Of a stretch of DNA of 64,000 nt, positions 21,584 to 29,497 are shown piece by piece (the stretch's first letter is position 1; each line of letters starts with the position of its first letter). Source of the stretch: Abditibacterium sp. (lineage in GTDB: Bacteria; Armatimonadota; Abditibacteriia; Abditibacteriales; Abditibacteriaceae); assembly GCA_965246885.1 (NCBI GenBank), contig OZ251992.1, positions 2,336,001 through 2,400,000 on the forward strand, read 5' to 3'. The position numbers and the translations under genes were made by a program. The notes beneath the pieces were generated by a model. The model was not told where the DNA came from. It saw only the letters and a list, made by a program, of their open reading frames with translations, and ran no database searches.

Positions 21584-22823
21584 GGCGTTTGGGGCGGCGG
21601 CGAGGAGCACTTCGCGCGCGTCGGATGAGCAAAAGTATCGCAAGCCCCGCGCACAGCGTCGCCGCGAGCGTGAGCAAGCGGCGCGGCGCAACGGGCCACT
21701 TCCCGCCCCCAACCGCGCGGGCGAGAAGCGATTGGGGCACATCGGCGCGCGCCACGAGCGGGATTTGCGCGAGCGTCGCGCCGCCTGAAACATAGGCCAC
21801 GCTACCCACGACTTGCCCACGCTTGAAGGGCGCCGCCATCCGTAGGAGGCTCACTTTGGCCGTGACATGTCCGAGTTCATCGGCACGGAGCGGCAGTTCC
21901 ACGCCGCTTTGCGTCGCGGCCTCCAAGGGATGTGCGCCGCCGACATCGCCGCGCCACAGCACCTCACCCGGCTTGGCGACCGCGCGCGGCGCAAACGAAG
22001 CGAAGGCTTTTTGGAGCAGGAACTCCGTATCGAGGTAGGTAAAATTGCCGTGCGACTTCATCACCACGCTCAGCAAACGCCAAGGACGCCCAGTGCGCGG
22101 GTCGCGCTCCGTCGCGGTGGCAATGAGGCAGTGCCCCGCTTCTTTGGTCGAGCCGGTCTTGAGGCCGTCGCACGCAGGCCAGCGAAAGAGGAGCTTGTTA
22201 CGATTGCGGAGCAAGCGCGGCCCCACTTTGGCGTTGCCGCCGATGACCGTCGTTTGGAGCCGCACGATGCCGTTGAGCAGGGGTACCCGCGTAAAAGCGC
22301 GCGCGATGGTCGCCAAGTCGCGCGCTGAGGTGTAGTGCTGGGGGTCGTGCAAGCCGTGCGGGTTGACGAAGTGCGTGTTCTTCAGGCCCAGCGCCTTCAC
22401 TTTCGCGTTCATCAGGTCGGCGAACTTCGGGATGCTCCCGGCAATGCCATCCGCCATTGCCACGCACGCATCGTTGGCCGAGCGCACCATCGCCGCCCGC
22501 AGCAACTCTTCGAGCGTGCGCCGCTCTCCCTCTTGTAAATACACCGAGCTTTCGCCCGTCGTCGCCGCTTCCTTTGTGACCGTAATTACCTGAGCCGGGG
22601 AGGCATGCTCGAACGCCACGAGCGCCGTCATCGTCTTCGTCGTCGAGGCGGGATACAAGCGCTCATCGGGGTTCTTAGAATAGAGAATCCGCCCCGAATC
22701 GAGGTCTTCCACGACGTACGCTTCGGCCAGAGGCGCGTAATTGGGCGGCAAAACATCCTGCGCGTGGGCAGAAGTAAGGGGCGCGAGGAAGAGAAGCCAT
22801 AAAGCAAGGAAAAGGGGACGCAT
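21522..22823 (-). CDS. D-alanyl-D-alanine carboxypeptidase (S11)
   Basis: Signal peptide; PASTTK (SxxK), SAN, NPHGL, KTG; C-terminal TM anchor. Confidence 0.92.
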   Translation of the reverse strand: MRPLFLALWLLFLAPLTSAHAQDVLPPNYAPLAEAYVVEDLDSGRILYSKNPDERLYPASTTKTMTALVAFEHASPAQVITVTKEAATTGESSVYLQEGERRTLEELLRAAMVRSANDACVAMADGIAGSIPKFADLMNAKVKALGLKNTHFVNPHGLHDPQHYTSARDLATIARAFTRVPLLNGIVRLQTTVIGGNAKVGPRLLRNRNKLLFRWPACDGLKTGSTKEAGHCLIATATERDPRTGRPWRLLSVVMKSHGNFTYLDTEFLLQKAFASFAPRAVAKPGEVLWRGDVGGAHPLEAATQSGVELPLRADELGHVTAKVSLLRMAAPFKRGQVVGSVAYVSGGATLAQIPLVARADVPQSLLARAVGGGKWPVAPRRLLTLAATLCAGLAILLLIRRARSAPRRRPKRHARSKPAFEPLDPRDIQPRR

Positions 22824-22862
22824 TGAAGGGGTGTGAAGCTGTCTGTGACGCAATGCTTCCGC

Positions 22863-23477
22863 TTACAGCGCGGGGACTTCCAACTCGAACTCTGCCGTGC
22901 GCGTCGACTTCGAGGGGTTGCGGCTTTCTATCACCAAGCGGTGTTTGCCAATCGGCAGGCGCACGCGCGAAAAGAGCGGGGCGTAGTTTTCAACGATGGC
23001 GTCAACGGTTTCGTCCTCGCCTTCGGGCGCGTTGGCGAGGGAGCGAATCTCGAAGAGCCAGTAGGCGGTCGCGCCGTGCGCTTCCTCGAAGGAAATGGTG
23101 GTGAAGACCTGCTTTTGCGGCTTGAAGTGCGTGGCGACGACAGTGGAGGTGTCAACCGGCGCCACGTAATCTTTGATGTCAATGGCCGGGTCGGGGAATC
23201 CCAAGCGCGCTGTGAGGGCGGCATCGGGCGCGGCGGCGTCATAGGCGGCGCGGATGGCGAGTTGCGCGGCGAGGAGTTCCGCTTGCGGGTTCCTTCCCGC
23301 GTGCGCGGCCTCGGCCAAACTTTCCCGCGCCTGTGCCAAAGATTTCTGGTAAATTGGCATGGCCTCGAAAGCGGTTTCGCGTTCGAGGGCGCCCGCCAAT
23401 CGCTCCAATCTCCACAACGCGGCGGGGGCCGTCGCGGGGCAAATCGAGGGTTCATCGGAATACTTCGGGTGAATCAT
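22863..23477 (-). CDS. Hypothetical protein (helical N-terminus, beta-rich C-terminus)
   Basis: 204-aa protein-like ORF filling the gap between the carboxypeptidase and rpoN. Confidence 0.7.
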   Translation of the reverse strand: MIHPKYSDEPSICPATAPAALWRLERLAGALERETAFEAMPIYQKSLAQARESLAEAAHAGRNPQAELLAAQLAIRAAYDAAAPDAALTARLGFPDPAIDIKDYVAPVDTSTVVATHFKPQKQVFTTISFEEAHGATAYWLFEIRSLANAPEGEDETVDAIVENYAPLFSRVRLPIGKHRLVIESRNPSKSTRTAEFELEVPAL

Positions 23478-23541
23478 AGGGCGCCAGTATGCCCACCAGT
23501 TGGGACAGGCGCGCAGTGGATAAAGGCAGGGACTCGCACTT

Positions 23542-25011
23542 ATGGCTCAAAACATGGGAATGTCGCAGGGGATGGAGCAGTCGCTCAACCCCAAAATGAT
23601 AGCGTTTTACGAATTGCTCCAACAGCCCAACGTCGAACTGGAACAAGCGATAGAAACCGAACTGCAAGACAACCCGGCGCTCGAAGTGTCCGCCGAGCGC
23701 GTCTGCCCCGCGTGCGGCTCGACCATGCTGTCCGCGCAGTGCCGCGAGTGCGGCTACAAGCTCACCAAGGAAGACGAGGACGCTTTCGAGTCTGGGGAAC
23801 TGGGCAAAGAGAAAATCCTCGACCTCGCCGTTGAAGCGGCCCCGATGGAAAAGGCAACTTACAACGGCGACGAGGACGGCTTCGACGTGATGGCCCGGCT
23901 CACCGCGACAGAAACCCTCGCCGAGCACCTGCGCTGGCTGTGGAGGATGAGTTGCAACAACCCCGGCACCCTCGAAATCGGCGAGCAGTTGATCGGCTGC
24001 ATCAACGACGACGGGTATTTGGACACCGACCTCGAAACCCTGTCCGAGGGGTTGGGCATCCCGCTCGAAACCCTGGAAGAAGTCTTAGCCGACATCCAGA
24101 ATCTCGAACCCGCAGGGGTGGGCGCGCGCACCTTGCGGGAGTGCTTGCGCTTGCAATTGGTGCACCGCGAAAAGGGCAAGGACGCCGACATCGCGCAACT
24201 GGCGCTCCGGCTTATTGACGACCACTGGCAGCCCTTGGCCCGTCACTCCTACGAAGACATCGCGCGCAAGCTCAAGACCAGCATTGACCGCGTGCAAGAG
24301 GGAGCCGACTTCGTGCGCAACGAACTGACGCCCTATCCGGGCAGGCAATTCCGCCCCAGTTGGCACACCAACTCCCCGCAAGCCGCCGGACGGGTGCGCC
24401 CCGATGTCGAGATCAAGCGCCAAGAGGACGGCAAAGGCTACCTCGTCGAGGTCGTCGAGTCCCGCTCGCTCGGACTGCGCGTCAACGCGGTTTATCGCCA
24501 ATTGTGGGACGCCATGCGCAAAGACCCAGTTGGCTACTCCAGCAAAGACCGCGAACACGTGCAGATCTATTTGACCCGCGCCCGCGAGTTCATTGACAAC
24601 CTCAACCAACGACGCAAGACGCTCAAACTCATCATCGAAGCCGTCGCCCTCGAACAGGGCGCCTATTTAGAGGCCGGGTTACACTCGCTCAAGCCGCTAA
24701 CGCGGTTAAGCGTGGCCCACAAATTGGGGCTGCACGAATCCACCGTTGGCCGCGCGGTATCGGGCAAATACGCCATGCTCCCCAACGGCGAGGTTATCGG
24801 CTGCGAACTATTCTTCGACGCCAGTTTGTCCGTCAAAGAAGTCATCAAAGATCTGCTCGCCGATGAGAACCCGCGCAAGCCGTTCTCGGATGAACAAATC
24901 TCGGCGGAATTGTCGAAGAAGGGCATAGAGATCGCGCGCCGCACCGTCACCAAATACCGCGAAGCCCTCAAAATCCCCCCCGCCGCGCAGCGCCGCCGCT
25001 ACGACAAATAA
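23542..25011 (+). CDS. rpoN: RNA polymerase sigma-54 factor
   Basis: NPALE, EPAGVGARTLRECL, LHESTVGRAV, RpoN box ARRTVTKYRE. Confidence 0.96.
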   Translation: MAQNMGMSQGMEQSLNPKMIAFYELLQQPNVELEQAIETELQDNPALEVSAERVCPACGSTMLSAQCRECGYKLTKEDEDAFESGELGKEKILDLAVEAAPMEKATYNGDEDGFDVMARLTATETLAEHLRWLWRMSCNNPGTLEIGEQLIGCINDDGYLDTDLETLSEGLGIPLETLEEVLADIQNLEPAGVGARTLRECLRLQLVHREKGKDADIAQLALRLIDDHWQPLARHSYEDIARKLKTSIDRVQEGADFVRNELTPYPGRQFRPSWHTNSPQAAGRVRPDVEIKRQEDGKGYLVEVVESRSLGLRVNAVYRQLWDAMRKDPVGYSSKDREHVQIYLTRAREFIDNLNQRRKTLKLIIEAVALEQGAYLEAGLHSLKPLTRLSVAHKLGLHESTVGRAVSGKYAMLPNGEVIGCELFFDASLSVKEVIKDLLADENPRKPFSDEQISAELSKKGIEIARRTVTKYREALKIPPAAQRRRYDK

Positions 25012-25087
25012 GGTGGGAGTGCCAAAGAAGCCCGCGTTGGCCCCGGTCTCGCTCTCCCCTTCTCACTTCTCTGGAACGGGGCGAACT

Positions 25088-25801
25088 ATGGCGGACGACA
25101 CTCACCTTCTCGATGTGGACGTGCAGACACTCATGCGCGGCTTGGTTCACGAACTGCGCAATCCTCTGTCAGCCATCCTCACGGCGTCGTCGCTTCTGCC
25201 AGGTGCGGCGGGATTGGACGAAGAAACCGCCATGCTGTTGGATGTGGTCAGCAAAGAAGCGCGGCGCATGAACCGAATTTTGACGGAGTTTTCCATCTTC
25301 GCCAAGCCGCCTAAAGCGCACCCGGAAGCGCTGGACTTAGCGGGCTTGGCCCGCGAGTTTGTTTCTAAATCCCAAGGCGAGGGCGAAGCGATGGTTCTGC
25401 ACGATGAGTTGCCCCCGACGTTACTCGCGTTCGCCGACCCTCAGGGGGTAGCACTTGCTTTGAAGCACATCCTCGAAAACGCGAGTGAAGCGGTGCCCGA
25501 AGGGGGTCATGTGCGCTTGGCGGGCGGGCACGCCCAAGCTGGGGTGTGGCTTTCAATTACCGACTCCGGGCCGGGGCTGAGCGAACAAGCCCTTGAGCAA
25601 GCCTTTCAGCCGTTTTTCTCCAACAAGCCATCCGCGACGGGGTTGGGGCTTTCTATTGCCCGTGCCATGCTCCGCGCGTCGAACGGCGACTGCCGTATCG
25701 CCAACGCGGGGGACACAACGAGCAACGAAGGGCCACGTGGGGCGGTCGTCATTCTCGAACTTCCTTCCGCGCTTCACCAAGAGACGTCTGCTGCCGCTTA
25801 A
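25088..25801 (+). CDS. Histidine kinase (HisKA + HATPase only)
   Basis: LVHELRNPL, DSGPG, AFQPFFS, TGLGL. Confidence 0.88.
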   Translation: MADDTHLLDVDVQTLMRGLVHELRNPLSAILTASSLLPGAAGLDEETAMLLDVVSKEARRMNRILTEFSIFAKPPKAHPEALDLAGLAREFVSKSQGEGEAMVLHDELPPTLLAFADPQGVALALKHILENASEAVPEGGHVRLAGGHAQAGVWLSITDSGPGLSEQALEQAFQPFFSNKPSATGLGLSIARAMLRASNGDCRIANAGDTTSNEGPRGAVVILELPSALHQETSAAA

Positions 25802-25923
25802 GGGACGTCTGGCACCGCCCCACAGACGTCTGTCACCGCCCCACAGACGTCTGTCACTGCTCGACGCACGTCTGTCGTTGTTCCACAGATGGACGGGGGG
25901 CAACGACACAAGGCGGTGACTGC
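25782..25923. repeat. 21-bp phased degenerate tandem array B (GTCTG core)
   Basis: GTCTG at 25786, 25807, 25828, 25849, 25870; in-phase GGCGGTGA variant at 25912. Confidence 0.85.
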
Positions 25924-25956
25924 CCCGCCGCCGTCTCTACTTCAAAGAAGGACAGC

Positions 25957-26409
25957 TCAGTCGGCGGCATCGGCAGCGACCAGAGCGTTCTCGACGTTCT
26001 CCTCCCGTGCGCGCTCGCGCAAAAAAGCGCCCAAGATGCCGTTCAAGAAGCGCGCCGATTCCACCGTCGAGTACTCTTTGGCCATCTCGACGGCCTCGTT
26101 GACCGAGACGGACGGCGGGATTTCCGGGCGGAACAAAATCTCATACAACGCCAAGCGCAACAGGTTCCGATCGGCATTAGCCATGCGCTCCAACGTCCAG
26201 CCCAATGCAAAGCGTTCGATGATGGGGTCTATCTCGTCGCGCTTCTCCCACGCGCCGCGCGCCAGTTGAACGGCGAAAAGCCACACTTCGGACGAGGCGT
26301 CTGACGCTTCGCGCGCGACCTCGAACACTTCGGCGGGCGAAGCGCCCCCGACATCCATCTGAAAAATCAATCGGAACGCCAATTCGCGCCCACTTCTGCG
26401 TTTGCCCAT
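25957..26409 (-). CDS. nusB: Transcription antitermination factor NusB
   Basis: RRSGRELA, WTLERMANADRNLLRLA, VSVNEAVEMAKEY, FLNGIL. Confidence 0.96.
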   Translation of the reverse strand: MGKRRSGRELAFRLIFQMDVGGASPAEVFEVAREASDASSEVWLFAVQLARGAWEKRDEIDPIIERFALGWTLERMANADRNLLRLALYEILFRPEIPPSVSVNEAVEMAKEYSTVESARFLNGILGAFLRERAREENVENALVAADAAD

Positions 26410-26415
26410 GATTGG

Positions 26416-26494
26416 AACGCGGAAGTCGGAAGTCGGAACGTGGAAAAGGAAATTTGAAGTTCTTTTCCACCTGCCGACTTCCGACTTCCGCGTT
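26416..26494. repeat. Heptamer-repeat (CGGAAGT) inverted-repeat hairpin H1
   Basis: Perfect 21-bp arms 26416-26436 / 26474-26494 plus inner GTGGAAAAG/CTTTTCCAC stem. Confidence 0.9.
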
Positions 26495-27837
26495 TAACTC
26501 ATCCTCCGTTTCAAAAAGTCCGTCGAGAGTTCGCCGCGCCGGAAGTAGTCGTTGCGCAGGATTTGCAGGTGAAACTCGCGCGTCGTTTGGATGCCTTCGA
26601 GACGGGTTTCAAGCAAGGCCCGCTCCATTTTGGCGATGGCTTCGTCGCGCGTGGGAGCGTGGACGATGATCTTGGCGAGCAAGGAATCGTAAAAGGGCGG
26701 CATGTGGTAGCCGCCGAAGAGGTGCGAGTCCACCCGCACGCCGCGCCCGCCGGGAGGGTCGAAGTGCGTGATTGTTCCGGCGCTCGGCTGGAAATTCTTC
26801 GCCGGGTCTTCCGCAGTCAGGCGGCACTCGATGGCGTGGCCGGAGAAGCGGATGTCGTCTTGGGTGAAACGGAGCGGCTCGCCTGCCGCGACGCGCAGTT
26901 GCTCTTGGATTAAGTCCACCCCCGCTATCTCTTCGGTGACGGGATGCTCGACTTGGATGCGCGTGTTCATCTCCATGAAGAAGAACTCGCCCGTTTTGCT
27001 GACGAGGAACTCGATTGTCCCCGCGTTCTGGTAGCCGACGGCGCGCGCGCCCTTGACGGCGGCCTCGCCCAACGCGCGGCGCGTGGCTTCGGGCAGAAAC
27101 GCGCAGGGCGCTTCTTCGACCATCTTCTGATGCCGCGCGGTCTGCACGGAGCAGTCGCGCTCGCCCAAATGGACTACGTTGCCGTGTGCGTCGGCCAGTA
27201 TCTGCACTTCGATGTGGCGCGGCTCGATGAGATACTTCTCGATATACACCTCGTCGTTGCCAAAAGCGGCGGCGGCTTCGTTTTGGGCGAGTTGGAGTTG
27301 CTTGGGCAGTTCGTCCTCGCTCAGCACGACGCGCATGCCCTTGCCGCCGCCGCCCGCGCTGGCTTTGATGATGACGGGATACCCGATGTGCCGCGCCGCC
27401 GCCAACGCTTCGCGCTCGCCGTCAACGGGGCCGGGAGTTCCGGGCATAATCGGCACGCCCGCGAGTCGCATCGCTTCGCGCGCGGACGCCTTGTTGCCCA
27501 TCTTGTCTATGGCGGCGGGGGTGGGGCCAATAAACTTGATGTTGGCTTGCTCGCAGACTTCGGCGAACGAAGAGTTCTCGCTCAAGAAGCCATAGCCGGG
27601 ATGAATAGCGTCGGCGCCTGTGATGATGGCGGCGGACACGACGTTGGCGATGTTGAGATACGACTCTTTGGCGGCGGGCGGCCCGACGCAGACGGCTTCG
27701 TCGGCCAGTTGCACGGCGCGCGAATGCAAGTCGGCGCTGGAATGAACCGCGACCGAGGCAATGCCCATCTCGCGGCACGCCCGGATGACGCGCACCGCGA
27801 TCTCGCCGCGATTGGCGATTAATACCTTGGAAAACAT
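26494..27837 (-). CDS. accC: Acetyl-CoA carboxylase biotin carboxylase
   Basis: KVLIANRGEIA, HPGYGFLSEN, GGGGKGMR, GERDCSVQ, EMNTRIQVEH, YDSLLAK. Confidence 0.97.
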   Translation of the reverse strand: MFSKVLIANRGEIAVRVIRACREMGIASVAVHSSADLHSRAVQLADEAVCVGPPAAKESYLNIANVVSAAIITGADAIHPGYGFLSENSSFAEVCEQANIKFIGPTPAAIDKMGNKASAREAMRLAGVPIMPGTPGPVDGEREALAAARHIGYPVIIKASAGGGGKGMRVVLSEDELPKQLQLAQNEAAAAFGNDEVYIEKYLIEPRHIEVQILADAHGNVVHLGERDCSVQTARHQKMVEEAPCAFLPEATRRALGEAAVKGARAVGYQNAGTIEFLVSKTGEFFFMEMNTRIQVEHPVTEEIAGVDLIQEQLRVAAGEPLRFTQDDIRFSGHAIECRLTAEDPAKNFQPSAGTITHFDPPGGRGVRVDSHLFGGYHMPPFYDSLLAKIIVHAPTRDEAIAKMERALLETRLEGIQTTREFHLQILRNDYFRRGELSTDFLKRRMS

Positions 27838-27844
27838 GGGGTGC

Positions 27845-27919
27845 AAGAGGTTAGAGGCCGGAGGTTGGAGGTTAGAAGCTGCATGGGCGCGCTCTAACCT
27901 CTTGGCTCTAACCTCTCGA
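27845..27919. repeat. Heptamer-repeat (GAGGTTA) imperfect inverted repeat H2
   Basis: GAGGTTA GAGGCCG GAGGTTG GAGGTTA ... CTCTAAC CTCTTGG CTCTAAC CTCT. Confidence 0.8.
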
Positions 27920-27920
27920 T

Positions 27921-28253
27921 TCAGCGGCTCACCGTTCCTGTGGCGGCGTTGTATTGCAGGGGCTTGCCCGTCGCGTCGTCCACCCACATTTCGGCGGGAT
28001 AGTCTTTGAGCGAGTGGCGCAATTCTTCGAGGGTCGCGGGCGGCTTGCCGTTCTCGTCGCGCGGGACAGCTTGGTTAATTTGCGCGATGTTGGAATCGGT
28101 GGCGACGCCGCGCCCTTTGTCCATCGAGCGGCCCAAGATGGACTGCTTGTCGGACGAGGCCTGTTGCGCTTGCGTGTTGGCGTCGGGCGGGGCGCCGTTG
28201 CAGCCGACAAGGGCGAACGCCACGACGGGCAAAAGAACGAGTGCGGATTTCAT
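27921..28253 (-). CDS. Small lipoprotein
   Basis: MKSALVLLPVVAFALVG-C lipobox; ATGA overlap with upstream gene. Confidence 0.8.
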   Translation of the reverse strand: MKSALVLLPVVAFALVGCNGAPPDANTQAQQASSDKQSILGRSMDKGRGVATDSNIAQINQAVPRDENGKPPATLEELRHSLKDYPAEMWVDDATGKPLQYNAATGTVSR

Positions 28254-28729
28254 GATGCGGGTTCCAGAACCAGTAGAGTTTGACCCCATTCCACTCCTTG
28301 CCCTTCCAACGAAGGAAGTTCCACCACCGTGCCATCGAACGGCGCCACCACTTCGTTGGGCACGCGCAGCGATTCCACGACTGCCACCACCTGCCCATTC
28401 TTCACCGCATCGCCCACCTGAAGCGGTTTCTTCGGCGCGCGATACACCCCGACACATGGCGCGAGCACCCCACGCGCTGTGATGAGTTCCGGCTCCACAC
28501 TCGCTTCGACCTCTTCCAACGGCAAGGCTACCGCTTCGACCGATTCGGGTGCCCCCACAACCGGCGCGAGGGTGAACGTCTCGCGCTTGAGGTTCAATCG
28601 CAACCGCCCGACCCCCTCGGTGTCCGATTCGAGCGCGATTTTGCCCAGCCCATTGGCCTTAAGCAGCGCCGCCATCTCGCGCACTGCATCAAGGGGCACA
28701 GGTTCATCCGGGAAAAACATAGAAGGCAT
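28250..28729 (-). CDS. AccB/BCCP-like protein lacking the biotinylation lysine
   Basis: APCVGVYRAP..VGDAVKNGQVVAVVESLRVPNEVVAPFDGTV..GQGVEWGQTL; ESLRV replaces EAMKM; start 28729 or 28720. Confidence 0.85.
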   Translation of the reverse strand: MPSMFFPDEPVPLDAVREMAALLKANGLGKIALESDTEGVGRLRLNLKRETFTLAPVVGAPESVEAVALPLEEVEASVEPELITARGVLAPCVGVYRAPKKPLQVGDAVKNGQVVAVVESLRVPNEVVAPFDGTVVELPSLEGQGVEWGQTLLVLEPAS

Positions 28730-28756
28730 TATAAAACACGCCCCGCCCGCGCCGCC

Positions 28757-29104
28757 TCATTTGGGCTTGCGATTCACCCAGCGAAAGAGGAACACGGCGG
28801 CGACCAAGCACAGCACACTGCCCAACAAGCAGCCCCACACCCACCACGCATCCAGCGAAAACAAGCTGGACACCCCTCCCTCGGCAGACCCAAGGAGCAC
28901 CATACACGCCCCGAACCCGCCGAACACCATCGCGGCGAGTGCCAACACCACCATCCCGATTTGGGCCAGCACGATCTGCCACATCGGGCGCGTTTGCAAC
29001 GATGCCCCGCAGTTCGGGCACAGCGCCGGTTTGGGTTCGGGCAACGCCGCGCCGCAGTTGAGGCAACGCGGTAGGGGCGCAGTCGGTTCGGCAATGGGCG
29101 GCAT
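28757..29104 (-). CDS. Zinc-ribbon + 2 TM membrane protein (paralog 2)
   Basis: CLNCGAAL..CPNCGASL, two hydrophobic helices, ends NRKPK. Confidence 0.75.
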   Translation of the reverse strand: MPPIAEPTAPLPRCLNCGAALPEPKPALCPNCGASLQTRPMWQIVLAQIGMVVLALAAMVFGGFGACMVLLGSAEGGVSSLFSLDAWWVWGCLLGSVLCLVAAVFLFRWVNRKPK

Positions 29105-29137
29105 GGCTAAAGTAAGCCACAAGCCCGCGAAGACGGC

Positions 29138-29476
29138 TCACTTGGGCTTCCGGTTGATCCAGTAAGACCAGCAGAAGAGGAGGACGGCAGCGAAGGCACA
29201 CGAGGCGCTACCCCAAAGCCATTGCGAGACTTCTTCCCAACTGGCTGGCGCGCTCTCGATTGTGCCGACCGACAGTAGCGCGCCAAGACCGCCCAGTATG
29301 ACCGCGAGGTAGGCGAAACAGCCGATTAAACCGCCCACAAGATGCACCTGCCGAGGCAACTTCACCCGCAATGCGGCGCCGCATTGCGGGCACAAGTCCG
29401 GTTTGGGTTCCGCGAGCGCCGCGCCGCACTTCGGGCACACGGGCGGCGTGGCGCGCGGTTCGGCGATGGGCGGCAT
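29138..29476 (-). CDS. Zinc-ribbon + 2 TM membrane protein (paralog 1)
   Basis: CPKCGAAL..CPQCGAAL, two hydrophobic helices, ends NRKPK. Confidence 0.75.
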   Translation of the reverse strand: MPPIAEPRATPPVCPKCGAALAEPKPDLCPQCGAALRVKLPRQVHLVGGLIGCFAYLAVILGGLGALLSVGTIESAPASWEEVSQWLWGSASCAFAAVLLFCWSYWINRKPK

Positions 29477-29497
29477 AACGGGCGGCGCTTTGGCGGG

